The translations under genes were made by a program, and so were the position numbers. A stretch of DNA of 63,590 nucleotides, the filler included, from an uncultured Gemmatimonadota bacterium (GTDB lineage Bacteria; Blakebacterota; Blakebacteria; Blakebacterales; Blakebacteraceae): NCBI GenBank assembly GCA_964576115.1. It is 22 parts of 22 records of this genome, joined end to end, with 100 filler letters (N's around TTAATTAATTAA, not from the genome) between each part and the next. Parts side by side here need not be neighbours in the genome. Positions count along the whole stretch, not along the records: positions 1 to 3,553 come from CAZNUA010000114.1; positions 3,654 to 7,180 come from CAZNUA010000115.1; positions 7,281 to 10,786 come from CAZNUA010000116.1; 19 more parts are not named here. One strand, given 5' to 3'. The first letter of the stretch is position 1. Every line of letters starts with the position of its first letter. Positions 1 to 9,574 of the stretch are shown here, piece by piece. The notes beneath the pieces are model-generated. The model saw nothing but the letters and a program-made list of their open reading frames with translations. It was not told where the DNA came from and made no database searches.

Positions 1-1460
1 AGCATCCCGCCGGCCCCCAACAACAGAAAGATCAGCGACTGCACCACTGTCTTGAACTGCACCGGCGAAGCCACCAGTCCCATGACGAGAAAGGCCACGC
101 CGAGCAGAGCGATCAGGCCGTACACCAGGTTCATGACCCGGGCCGCCTTGACCCGGGTTTCGGGGGTGTCCTCGCCGAAGCGGCGGGCAAAGAGGATCAT
201 CGCCCCGGCCGCGCCGATATCGAGCACGGCGAAGAGGAGCCAGAAAAGAGTCGCTTTGCCGCCTACGGCGGCGGTGCCGATGAATGGTTCGATCATGCGG
301 GCGTAGAGGAAAGCCCCCAGATTGGAACCGAGCAGGGAGCCGAAAACGCCGTAGAGGAAAGCATAGCCCATGTAGACCGCCTTGCGATCCTGCGGCGCCA
401 CCAGACCGATGAAGCTGTAGTACTTCGGGTGGGCGGTCATCTCGCCGACGGCAAAGGTCGCCATGCCGAGGATGAAGATCCAGGGGCTGGCCGAGAGGGC
501 CAGCAGGGTGAAGCCCAGGGCCCCGAGCAGCATGCCGGTGACCATCGTGGGCAAGGCCTTGCGGTTCAGCACGATCCGGCTGACCAGCACCTGCAGCAGC
601 ACGATCGTGCCGGCGTTGATGACCGTGATGTGTTCGATGTCGAAGTGGAAGGTCCAGTTCAGGCCGAGCCAGGAGAAAAACGCTGTCATGGCCTCGCTTA
701 CCGGAGCCTTGTCGATGACGTCGCGCAGGTACCAGAGGGCCGAGCCGAAGATCTGGAAGTAGAGAACCCAGAAGATCGAATAGACCACGATCATGAGCAC
801 GAAGCGGGCGTCTCCGAGCACTTCGGCTGCGCCCGAGAGAACCTCCCTGAGCTTCTTGGTACTTTCCGGTTTGGGGGGCTCGCGGTAGACGAAGAGAGTG
901 GGCAGGATCATCAGGGCGGTGTAGGCCGCCGAGGCCACGAAGACGTACTGCCAGTCGAAACCCTTGAGAACGCTCACCACCAGCGGGCTGATGAAGGCCC
1001 CGAGGTTGATCATCCAGTAGTAGATACCGAAGCCGAACCCCGAAGTGCGCTCATCGGTGGTGCGGGCCACGGTGCCGGTGATGATCGGCTTGAACAAGCC
1101 CGAACCGGTAGCCATGACGAGCAGGGCCAGGAAGACCAGGGCGTAGGCCGAGGAATAGCCGGCCGCGAAGTACCCCACCGCCAGCAGGCTGAAGGCGAAG
1201 AGCAGCATCCGGCGGTAGCCGTAGCGATCGGCCAGGGCCCCGCCCAGGATCGGCAGGATATAGGTGCAGGCATAGACGATCCCCTGCAGGAACCCGACCG
1301 ACTGAGTGCTGAAACCCAGCCCGCCGACGGCCACCTCGAGGGTCAGGTAACCGGCCAGGATGGAATTCATGCCGTAATAGGCCGCCCGCTCGAAGAGCTC
1401 CATGGCGTTGGCGGTCCAGAAAGTCCGGGAGTAATCCCGGAACAGATTCACTTTCGGCAT
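1..1460 (-). CDS. MFS transporter, POT/peptide-transporter-like (3' end beyond window)
   Basis: Manual translation from ATG at 1460 gives MPKVNLFRDYSRTFWTANAMELFERAAYYGMNSILAG..., with the ExxERxxYYG POT-type motif, GALADRYGYRR MFS loop and many hydrophobic helices. Absent from the ORF track because there is no stop in the window. Confidence 0.85.
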   Translation of the reverse strand, partial: MPKVNLFRDYSRTFWTANAMELFERAAYYGMNSILAGYLTLEVAVGGLGFSTQSVGFLQGIVYACTYILPILGGALADRYGYRRMLLFAFSLLAVGYFAAGYSSAYALVFLALLVMATGSGLFKPIITGTVARTTDERTSGFGFGIYYWMINLGAFISPLVVSVLKGFDWQYVFVASAAYTALMILPTLFVYREPPKPESTKKLREVLSGAAEVLGDARFVLMIVVYSIFWVLYFQIFGSALWYLRDVIDKAPVSEAMTAFFSWLGLNWTFHFDIEHITVINAGTIVLLQVLVSRIVLNRKALPTMVTGMLLGALGFTLLALSASPWIFILGMATFAVGEMTAHPKYYSFIGLVAPQDRKAVYMGYAFLYGVFGSLLGSNLGAFLYARMIEPFIGTAAVGGKATLFWLLFAVLDIGAAGAMILFARRFGEDTPETRVKAARVMNLVYGLIALLGVAFLVMGLVASPVQFKTVVQSLIFLLLGAGGM

Positions 1461-1750
1461 CGGATGCCCTCCCCTTCAGGCAGTGGCAATACACACCGGC
1501 GGTGGCGGGAAACCGGTGGTTGTAGCACGGTCCGGCGGCGGCAGGGTGCCGCAGAGACCGGATTCCGTTGACCATAGCGGCTCCGGACCGCAGCCGGGAG
1601 ACCAGATATGAGTAGCAGATGAGGTCCGACAGGACAAGTCACGCTGTGAGACAAAGCCCAGCCGCTCATCCCTTCCGCCCGAATGGTCGAGGCGGTATCA
1701 GAGCGGGAAACGATCGATCAGGATCACCGGGCGCCCCCGGGATGCGGTTC

Positions 1751-2656
1751 TCAGCGATCCAGCCGGGCCTCGAGCACCAGGGCCAGGAATGTGCCGAAAT
1801 CGCCGTGCGAGACGTTGTGTCCCTCCCAGGTGTTGACCCGGTGGACCACCACCAGATCCCAGTCGGGGAAGATGACGATATAGTGCCCCCCCGCCCCGCG
1901 GGCCGAATAGGTACCTTCGGGCACGCTCACGTTCGGGAAGTGGGGGTAGCGGTTGTGGTCGTGAGCCACCCACCACATATAGCCGTACCCGTCGCTGCGG
2001 TAGATGGTGGCGTCGGAGTAGTAATCGGTNNNNNNNNNNNNNNNNNNNNNNNNNNNNNNNNNNNNNNNNNNNNNNNNNNNNNNNNNNNNNNNNNNNNNNN
2101 NNNNNNNNNNNNNNNNNNNNNNNNNNNNNGCATGCATGCTCTCGCTTTCGGCCAGGGCGGTATGGAAGACTCCCGAACGCGCCTTCAGGCAATCCCGGAC
2201 CGTAGCCTGCTTCTCCTGCTCCGACAGGCGCGGGACGTCGTCGATCCCCAGTTCGGCCAGGGTCAGATCCAGATCGATGGTGCCGTCAGCGACGTAGATG
2301 CCGTAAAGGGCCGAAAGGAAGCTCTTGCGGCAGGAATGAGTCAGATATTTCTCCTCGACGTCACCCCACTGTGCTGCGATCCGGCCGTCGGAGACGATCA
2401 CCACCGCCGCCGTGGCAATACGGTCGGTGAAGGCCCGGGCCGCAGCGAGTCCTTCGGAAGAGAAACCCAGTTCCTCGGGTTCATCGGCGATCTCCCACGT
2501 CCGGCCCGGGAAGGTCTGCTGAGCACGGCAGGACAGAGTCGCAGGTAGAGTGAGCAGGATGCTGAAGCTCAGGGCGAGGCTGCAGGGGACGAAGAACCGG
2601 GAACGGAATAAGAACCAGAAACGGGAGGAAACAAACGGGCGGCTGGGAATAGGCAT
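1751..2656 (-). CDS. Serine hydrolase, beta-lactamase class C/NylB-like, secreted (contains scaffold gap 2030-2129)
   Basis: SCRK (SxxK) motif, GYGYMWW and ARGAGG motifs, N-terminal signal-like region. Confidence 0.8.
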   Translation of the reverse strand: MPIPSRPFVSSRFWFLFRSRFFVPCSLALSFSILLTLPATLSCRAQQTFPGRTWEIADEPEELGFSSEGLAAARAFTDRIATAAVVIVSDGRIAAQWGDVEEKYLTHSCRKSFLSALYGIYVADGTIDLDLTLAELGIDDVPRLSEQEKQATVRDCLKARSGVFHTALAESESMHXXXXXXXXXXXXXXXXXXXXXXXXXXXXXXXXXXTDYYSDATIYRSDGYGYMWWVAHDHNRYPHFPNVSVPEGTYSARGAGGHYIVIFPDWDLVVVHRVNTWEGHNVSHGDFGTFLALVLEARLDR

Positions 2657-2733
2657 CGTGACGTTCTCCTGATTGGGGTGTCTCTGTCGGTTGAGTACGG
2701 CTCGATACAACCCGGCGTTTCATGATAATATAC

Positions 2734-2745
2734 GTAAGTACTTAC
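2734..2745. promoter_or_regulatory. Perfect palindrome GTAAGTACTTAC in divergent promoter region; putative regulator binding site
   Basis: 12-bp perfect inverted repeat in an AT-rich patch between the divergent serine hydrolase and SSS genes. Confidence 0.45.
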
Positions 2746-2873
2746 ATGCAATATGGGGACTGCCGGTGACAGCGGAACCATCGCACCCGGCAGCCGGCAT
2801 TTTCCGGTTGCACCGCCGGGTCTACCCGGGGTGAAATCCAGAGGTCCGCCCCCACCGAAGCCCGCGGAGGATC

Positions 2874-3553
2874 ATGCAAACTCTCGACTGGATCGTCATC
2901 GCCCTCTACTTCGCCATCCTGATCGGAATCGCCTGGTGGGTCATCAGGAAGGGCAAGGATACCCCTGATGATTACTTCCTGGCCGGACGCAACCTCGGCT
3001 GGTTCATCATCGGGGCTTCGATCTTCGCCTCGAATATCGGCTCGGAACACCTGGTGGGGCTGGCCGGTTCGGGCGCCACCGACGGCGTGGCGATGGCCCA
3101 CTACGAGCTGCACGCCTGGTGCCTGCTCGTGCTGGGCTGGGTGCTGGTACCCTTCTACATGCGCTCGAAGGTCTTCACCATGCCCGAGTTCCTCGAGCGG
3201 CGCTTTTCACCCACCGCCCGCTGGGTGCTTTCGATCATCTCGCTCGTGGCCTATGTGCTGACCAAGATCGCGGTCGGTATCTTCGCCGGGGGGATCGTCT
3301 TCAGCACTCTGCTCCCCGAACTTACACTCGATCTCGGTTTCGTTGTCATGAACAGCTTCTGGACCGGTTCGATTCTGGTCATCGTTCTGACGGGGCTCTA
3401 CACCGTGCTGGGCGGGATGCGGGCGGTGGCTTACACCGAAACGGTGCAGACCGTGGTCCTGGTCGTGGGCTCGGTGCTGGTCACCATCTTCGGCCTGCAC
3501 GCCATCGGGGGCTGGGGCGAATTCCGGGCCATCCTGGGCTCGGACATGTTCAA
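2874..3553 (+). CDS. Sodium:solute symporter (SSS/SGLT-like), 3'-truncated
   Basis: DYFLAGR, ASNIGSEHLVGLAG, TMPEFLERRF and GGMRAV motifs; GGAGG RBS upstream. Confidence 0.92.
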
Positions 3554-3653
3554 NNNNNNNNNNNNNNNNNNNNNNNNNNNNNNNNNNNNNNNNNNNNTTA
3601 ATTAATTAANNNNNNNNNNNNNNNNNNNNNNNNNNNNNNNNNNNNNNNNNNNN
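3554..3653. other. Artificial contig-joining spacer N44-TTAATTAATTAA-N44 (first of 21 such spacers)
   Basis: The same 100-nt linker, with stops in all six frames, recurs between all contigs; contig lengths decrease monotonically. Confidence 0.98.
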
Positions 3654-3980
3654 GGCGAGCTCCTCAGGGGCACCCTCGACATCCTGCTCCTGCGCACCAT
3701 GAGTGGCGGCGCCAAGCACGGTTATGAGATCTCGAAATGGATCCGGCACCGCACCGCTGACGCCATCCAGGTCGGCGAGGGTTCGCTCTACCCCGCCCTG
3801 CGGCGGCTCGAGCGCAAGGGGTGGCTGGAATCCGAATGGGGTCTGTCCGATACCAACCGGGAGGTGAAGTTCTACCGCCTGACCCGTTCGGGCCGGCGCC
3901 AGCTCGCCCGCCAGGTCGAAGCCTGGAACAGCTATGTGGCGGCCATGGCCTGCGTTCTCGATCCCGCGGAGGCCGAGTGA
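3654..3980 (+). CDS. PadR-family transcriptional regulator (acidobacterial-type), 5'-truncated
   Basis: LLRGTLDILLL...HGYEI...GSLYPALRRLE...FYRLTRSG; stop overlaps the permease start (TGATG). Confidence 0.92.
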   Translation, partial: GELLRGTLDILLLRTMSGGAKHGYEISKWIRHRTADAIQVGEGSLYPALRRLERKGWLESEWGLSDTNREVKFYRLTRSGRRQLARQVEAWNSYVAAMACVLDPAEAE

Positions 3981-6694
3981 TGGGTAACGGTCAGAATACA
4001 GAGGACGGGAAGCAGCGACGGCTTGCCCACATCGCCGGCCGCCGCCCCCGGGTCACCGACCTGCCCCCCGAGCGGGATGTCGAGCGTGAGATCGAGATCC
4101 ACGTCGCCCAGCTGACCGACGAACTCATGGCCGAGGGCTGGTCACCCGAAGATGCCCGCCGCGAGGCGCTCGAACGGTTCGGCGACCGTCACGAGATCGA
4201 GACTGCCTGCCGGGCTGAAACCCGCCGCAAGGACCGCCGGCTGCATCTGGGCAACGTTCTTTCAACCCTGGTCTTCGACCTGCGGTTCGGTTTGCGTCAG
4301 CTGATCCGCAATCCCGGCCTGAGCCTGGTCATCGTCCTCACCCTGGCCATCGGCATCGGCCCCACCGTGGCCATCTTCAGTGCCGTCAAGGCTCTGATAT
4401 TCGATCCTTTTCCCTACCCCGAAGCCGATCGGTTGGTCGAGGTCTGGAGCGATGCCATTGGTAACCGATGGGGCAATCCCGCCTCGATGCCCGACTATGC
4501 CGATCTGCGCGAGCAGAATACGACTTTCGAAGAAATGGGTCTCTACACGACCGTGAGCGTCAATTTCAGTGCCCAACAGGCAGATCTGATCAACGGTATT
4601 GCCGGTACCGCCAGCCTGCTCGAGGTCTTCGGCGTCCAGCCTGCTCTGGGACGATGGTTCACCGTGTCTGAAGAAGCCCCGGGGCGCGATCAGGTGATCA
4701 TCCTCACCAACGGGCTCTGGCGGCGACGCTTTGATGCCGATCCCGACCTCATTGGCCGTACGGTCCGCATCAATGGCGATGGCTATGAAGTGATCGGCAT
4801 CATGCCGGCCGGTTTCGAGATTCTCTCGCCCTGGTACCGGGGTCAGGCTCTGGAGTTCATCGTTCCAATCGCGGTCGATCGCGACGAATCCCGGCGAGAC
4901 AGCCACAGCTGGCTCATCGCCGGCCGTTTGCTGCCGGGGGTATCGGTTGCAGCGGCCGAGGCCGACGTGCAGGCCATCGCAGCCCGTCTGGCCGAGCTTT
5001 ACCCCGGCTCCAACGCCCGCGACACTTTCTGGCTGCAGCCCTTCGCTCAGGTAGCCGCCCGCGGCGGCCTGCAGCAGCTCTCCCTCTTCTTCTACATCAG
5101 CGCCCTGGTCCTGCTGGCGGCCTGCACCAATGTGGCCGGCATACTCCTGGCCCGGGGCGCCGGGCGCCGGTCGGAGGTGGCCATCCGGACCTCGCTCGGC
5201 GCCAGCCGCCGGCGGATCGTCGGTCAGTTGCTCGTCGAAAGCCTCCTGTTCGCCGTCATCGCCGGCGGGGCCGGGATCGTGCTGGCTCTCTGGAGCCGCG
5301 ATCTACTGCTCACCCTGCTGCCTGACACCATGCAGCGCACGGCCGGGATCGGCATCGATTCGGGGGTGCTCTTTTTCGCTCTCGGTCTCTCGGTGCTGAC
5401 CGGGCTCTTCTTCGGTCTTGGCCCGGCCCGGATCGCCTCCCGGACCGAAGTTGCAAGCGTGCTGCGGGAAGGGGCTCTGAGCCGCACCAGCGGTCGGGTC
5501 CGGAACCGGGCCCTGCGCCGGCTGACAGTCGCCCAGCTCGCCATCGCCCTGATGCTGGCTAACGGCGCTATCATTCTGGTGCAGAGCCGATCAAACCTCG
5601 ATCGGGTACCGCTGGGGTATGACGAGGACGAGGTTCTCACGGCCGAGGTCTGGCTCGGCGGCGAGAGATACGCGGAAGATTCAGCCAAGGTCGCTTTCTG
5701 TGAAGAGTTGATCGCACGACTCGAGGAGCGTCCGGGGATCCAGCGGGCCGCCGTGACGAACAAACTGCCGATGCAGGGCGGCACATCCTGCACGATCCTC
5801 GTCGGTGATGAGGTCTACGAACCGGAAACACAACGCTCGCATATCGAGGTTTCCTATGTCACCCCCGGCTATTTCGAGACCCTGGGGATCGACCTGCTGG
5901 CCGGTCGGGATCTGCAGCGTGACGACGGACTCACACTCCTCTCCGACCGGACCCGTGCAAATGTGGTCGTCAACCGTGTCCTGGCCGAAGGCTACTGGCC
6001 CGGCGAGAACGCCATCGGTCGTGTGGTCCGCTACAACGGCGATCCCTCCCGCTGGTCGGCTGTCATCGTCGGGGTGGTCGAAGGCACTCGCCAATGGGGT
6101 CCGCAGTACGGCATCAGCGGCGAGATGTACTTCCCCTATCCCTTCAATCCCTGGATGAGGTTCCAGCTGGCGGTGCGAACCAACGGTGATCCGATGGCCC
6201 TGGTACCTGAGGTCCAGGCCGTCCTGGGCGACCTCGATCCCGATCTGGCCCTCTCACAGGTCGGCACCATGGGCGATGTCACCGCTGAGCGTACCCGCAA
6301 CCTGCACATCGTCGCCCTGTTGGTGAATCTCTTCGGTATCATTGCCCTGACCCTGGCCATGATCGGCGTCTATGGCGTCATGTCGTACTCGGTCGCCCGG
6401 CGCCGTCACGAACTCGGCATACGCAGCGCCCTGGGGGCCGGCCGGGAATACCTGGTGCGTCTGGTCGTCCGGCAGGCGGTACAGCTGGTGGCGGTCGCCA
6501 TCGGACTGGGCACCCTCGCCACGATTGCCGGAGGAATCATCTTCCGCTCACTCGTTTTCGGGATCGGCATGCTGCACTGGCTGTACGCTCTTGTCGGAGC
6601 GGGGATCGTTGTCGTCCTGACGCTGGCAGCGGCGAGCCTACCCGCCTGGCGGGCGGCCGGGGTGGATCCGGTCGAAGCGCTGCGAACCGACTGA
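3980..6694 (+). CDS. Duplicated MacB/FtsX-type ABC permease (ADOP-like) with N-terminal permease-prefix domain
   Basis: EIEIH...ARREALERFG prefix, DLRFGLRQL, ACTNVAG...LGASR, HELGIRSALGA and terminal VDPVEALRTD. Confidence 0.93.
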   Translation: MGNGQNTEDGKQRRLAHIAGRRPRVTDLPPERDVEREIEIHVAQLTDELMAEGWSPEDARREALERFGDRHEIETACRAETRRKDRRLHLGNVLSTLVFDLRFGLRQLIRNPGLSLVIVLTLAIGIGPTVAIFSAVKALIFDPFPYPEADRLVEVWSDAIGNRWGNPASMPDYADLREQNTTFEEMGLYTTVSVNFSAQQADLINGIAGTASLLEVFGVQPALGRWFTVSEEAPGRDQVIILTNGLWRRRFDADPDLIGRTVRINGDGYEVIGIMPAGFEILSPWYRGQALEFIVPIAVDRDESRRDSHSWLIAGRLLPGVSVAAAEADVQAIAARLAELYPGSNARDTFWLQPFAQVAARGGLQQLSLFFYISALVLLAACTNVAGILLARGAGRRSEVAIRTSLGASRRRIVGQLLVESLLFAVIAGGAGIVLALWSRDLLLTLLPDTMQRTAGIGIDSGVLFFALGLSVLTGLFFGLGPARIASRTEVASVLREGALSRTSGRVRNRALRRLTVAQLAIALMLANGAIILVQSRSNLDRVPLGYDEDEVLTAEVWLGGERYAEDSAKVAFCEELIARLEERPGIQRAAVTNKLPMQGGTSCTILVGDEVYEPETQRSHIEVSYVTPGYFETLGIDLLAGRDLQRDDGLTLLSDRTRANVVVNRVLAEGYWPGENAIGRVVRYNGDPSRWSAVIVGVVEGTRQWGPQYGISGEMYFPYPFNPWMRFQLAVRTNGDPMALVPEVQAVLGDLDPDLALSQVGTMGDVTAERTRNLHIVALLVNLFGIIALTLAMIGVYGVMSYSVARRRHELGIRSALGAGREYLVRLVVRQAVQLVAVAIGLGTLATIAGGIIFRSLVFGIGMLHWLYALVGAGIVVVLTLAAASLPAWRAAGVDPVEALRTD

Positions 6695-6750
6695 GCAGCG
6701 GTCAGGCGTCCCTCGGCCAAAGGCGACGTCATGACCACTGTACAATCGGT

Positions 6751-7180
6751 TCAGTGCCAGAAGGTATACCGGATCGAGAGCGCGAAGGCGTCGACCCAAC
6801 GCCCCGACCAACCGATCAGGTTCAGGGTGGGTTTCCAGTCCAGGCTGAGGGCGACAGGCATCTCTTCGAAGGCATATTCGATCCCCACGATCCCGTCGGC
6901 ACCCACGACGACATGGCTGTCGCCGGGATCGGTCCAGGTGACATCATCGCCGCTCCAGAACCCCACATGGCAGCCGAAGCCGTAAAACCATCTCAGTCGT
7001 TCGGGATCGAGATCGTCGAAGTGGGCTTCGTAGAGTCCGGTCAGGACCAGATTGAAACCGTTCCAGCGGGTGGTGAGCAACACTTCGGCGGCGTATTGCT
7101 CGGTCAGGAAGTGCTTGGCCGTCAGGCCGTTGAAGAGCCCTGCCCGCAAACCGATCCCGGAATGATAATCCTGAGCGGCC
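6751..7180 (-). CDS. Small outer-membrane beta-barrel-like hypothetical protein, 5'-truncated
   Basis: Alternating amphipathic strands (GIVGIEYAF, LSLDWKP) and aromatic C-terminus (SIRYTFWH). Confidence 0.6.
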
Positions 7181-7280
7181 NNNNNNNNNNNNNNNNNNNN
7201 NNNNNNNNNNNNNNNNNNNNNNNNTTAATTAATTAANNNNNNNNNNNNNNNNNNNNNNNNNNNNNNNNNNNNNNNNNNNN

Positions 7281-7591
7281 TACCGGCAGGTGGAGAGCAG
7301 GTTGGCGAGCTGATTCAGCGCCAGAACCAGGAAATCAACCCGCTGGTGCACGTGTACCGGCCGCAGCCCGTTGATGGCCGCACCCAGGCCGAACCCGGTC
7401 ATGGCATCTTCAGAAAGCGGGGTCGTAAAACATCGCTCGGGACCGAATTCTTCACCCAATCCGAGGGTGGTGCCGAAGGCTCCCCTGTGGTCGGCTACAT
7501 CGAGCCCGTACACGAAGACCGCAGGATCCCGGGCCAGCTCGTGGCGTAGGGCCGCCCGGACGGCTTCCCGGTAGGTCATGACGGTGCTCAC
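7281..7591 (-). CDS. TPP-dependent dehydrogenase/transketolase-like E1 beta subunit, 3'-truncated
   Basis: TYREAV...GLDV...FGPERCFTTPLSE...GAAINGLRPV pyrimidine-binding domain. Confidence 0.88.
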
Positions 7592-8541
7592 GGCACGGCC
7601 TTCCGTCTTGGGATCGGCTCCCCGGGAACGGGGTCAGCCGACGCTTCAGCAAAAGCCGCTTCGATGGAGGCATCGACCTCCTTGACCAGGGCTGCAATAC
7701 GCGCCTCGCTCTCCCCCGCGGCACGCAGCCTGCGCCGGGCGGTGTCAACCGGATCGTTGGCGTACCATTCCTCATAGTCCTCGCGCCGGCGGTAGCCGGC
7801 GTCGTAATCCTCGTTGATACCAACGTGTTCGAGGTAGCGGTGACAGGTGAGGTGCAGGAATCCGGGCCGGCGCTGCTCCCGGATACGGGCGAGCATGGCG
7901 GCTGCGAGAGCGTGGACCTGGACCACATCGGTCCCGGTTGCCGAGGCGACCTCAATCCCGAACAGTCTGGGGGCCTGCGGGATCTCATAGGACTGACGGT
8001 GCTGCCGGGGAATGTGGATAGCCATGCCGTTGTCCTCGCAGACGAAGAGCACCGGCAAAGAGTGCAGGGCCGCCATGTTGAGGGTCTCCCAGAATACCCC
8101 TTCCTCTGTGGCTCCATCCCCGAAGAACACAGTAGCTACCGCGCCGGTGGCGCGGCGGACGGCAGCGAAGGCGGCCCCTAGCGCGACCGGCAGGATCGTA
8201 CCCACGATTGCCGAAGACATCACGAACCCCGTCCCGGGGCAGGCCAGGTGCATCGAACCCGCCCGCCCTCTCGCCACTCCGGTTCCCCTCCCCAGCAGTT
8301 CGGCGAAAAACTGTCTCAGATCTCCCCCCATGGCCAGATAGAGACCGTGGGTACGGTAGGTCCCGTAGACCTGATCGTCCTGGTGCAAGGCACTGCAGAC
8401 TCCCGCCTCGATAGCTTCGGCCCCCACACTGAGGTGGACCGGTGTTTTCATCTCGTCCTCGGGGTAGACCGATCGGATCTTTTCCTCCACCGCCCGGATC
8501 AGATAAACCGTTCGGAACAGCTCCAGGACCGGGAGCGACAT
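7588..8541 (-). CDS. TPP-dependent dehydrogenase E1 alpha subunit-like
   Basis: HLSVGAEA, GRAGSMH and GDG...EDN TPP-binding motif; ATG at 8541 overlaps the upstream stop (TGATG). Confidence 0.9.
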   Translation of the reverse strand: MSLPVLELFRTVYLIRAVEEKIRSVYPEDEMKTPVHLSVGAEAIEAGVCSALHQDDQVYGTYRTHGLYLAMGGDLRQFFAELLGRGTGVARGRAGSMHLACPGTGFVMSSAIVGTILPVALGAAFAAVRRATGAVATVFFGDGATEEGVFWETLNMAALHSLPVLFVCEDNGMAIHIPRQHRQSYEIPQAPRLFGIEVASATGTDVVQVHALAAAMLARIREQRRPGFLHLTCHRYLEHVGINEDYDAGYRRREDYEEWYANDPVDTARRRLRAAGESEARIAALVKEVDASIEAAFAEASADPVPGEPIPRRKAVP

Positions 8542-9557
8542 CAGCGGCTCAGGAAGACCCGGCCCGAAGCAACCCGTCCGCGCCAGTACTCCAGAAGATC
8601 TTGCATCGTCTGCTCGAAGGGTATCTCCGGCTTCCAGCCGGTGTGCTGTCGGAAACTCCGGGTGTCGGGTACCTGCAGATCGGCGTCGAGGGGACGGAAT
8701 CGTTCCGCTTCGATTTCGACCTCGATTTCGTGCCGGCGAGGTGAGAGAGAGAGCAGGTGATCCAGCATCTCGCCTACGGTGCACGAGTACTCCCCGCCGA
8801 TGTTGTAGCAGGCGCCGGGGATCGGATCGACCGTGACCAGCAGGTAGTACGCCCGTACGGCATCCCGTACGTCGGCCCAGGTGCGTAGCGAGTCGAGATT
8901 GCCGGTCCTGACTACCGGAGGGATGAGGTCCCGTTCGATCATGGCGATCTGCTTGGCGAAGGTCGATTCCACGAAAACATCGCCCCGTCGGGGTCCAGTA
9001 TGGGTGAACATGCGGGTCACAACCACCTTCTGCTGGTAGGCCTCGGCGTGGAAACGCCCGACAAGCTCGGCGCCTATCTTCGAGATGCTGTAGGGGGAAG
9101 CCGGGTGATAGGTGCAGCTTTCATGGATGGGCAGCTGCTCACTAGGAACCCGTCCGAAAACCTCGGAGGAGGAGCACATATGTATCACCGGATCTATGCC
9201 TGTGTGCCTTCGGAGGATCTCCAGCAGGCGCTGGGTACCCTGGACATTCGTTTCCAGGGTAGCCAGGGGAGCGGTAAAACTGATCAGGGGATAGCTCTGA
9301 GCGGCCAGATGGAAGACATAGTCGGGACGGCTGTCGGCTATCGCTCGTTCGAGAGAAAAGGTGTCCCCCAGATCACCATAGAGGAAGAACAGTCGATCCT
9401 TTCGGTTCACGCGATCCAGCAGATGCTCCACGTTTTCCAGCGGGCTGCGCCAGCGGCAGATGCCGTAGATGTCCCAGTCGGTACGCTCCAGCAGGTAATC
9501 CGTCAGATGAGATCCGACCATCCCTGTGATACCCGTGATCAGGGCGCGCGTACTCAA
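8541..9557 (-). CDS. NDP-sugar dehydratase/reductase (GDP-mannose 4,6-dehydratase/Rmd-like extended SDR)
   Basis: GITGMVGSH Rossmann motif, HLAAQS, SSEVFG, YSISK (YxxxK), DVRDAVRAY; probable TTG start at 9557. Confidence 0.88.
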   Translation of the reverse strand: MSTRALITGITGMVGSHLTDYLLERTDWDIYGICRWRSPLENVEHLLDRVNRKDRLFFLYGDLGDTFSLERAIADSRPDYVFHLAAQSYPLISFTAPLATLETNVQGTQRLLEILRRHTGIDPVIHMCSSSEVFGRVPSEQLPIHESCTYHPASPYSISKIGAELVGRFHAEAYQQKVVVTRMFTHTGPRRGDVFVESTFAKQIAMIERDLIPPVVRTGNLDSLRTWADVRDAVRAYYLLVTVDPIPGACYNIGGEYSCTVGEMLDHLLSLSPRRHEIEVEIEAERFRPLDADLQVPDTRSFRQHTGWKPEIPFEQTMQDLLEYWRGRVASGRVFLSR

Positions 9558-9574
9558 GGGCTCGTCTCTCTCTT

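Noticed and set aside
429-1571. 380-aa plus-strand ORF and many other long antisense ORFs (for example 18749..20785, 33953..35788, 50980..52947)
   Set aside because: Shadow frames of real opposite-strand genes in GC-rich DNA, with no recognisable motifs.
3598-3609. Recurring TTAATTAATTAA that could be mistaken for a CRISPR or dispersed repeat
   Set aside because: Always centred in N runs with fixed geometry; it is an artificial six-frame-stop contig linker.
3821-3979. Upstream extensions in the ORF track (3821, 8784, 14513, 40708, 47073 and similar)
   Set aside because: They overlap neighbouring genes or lack an RBS; downstream starts with RBS or stop-start coupling fit better.
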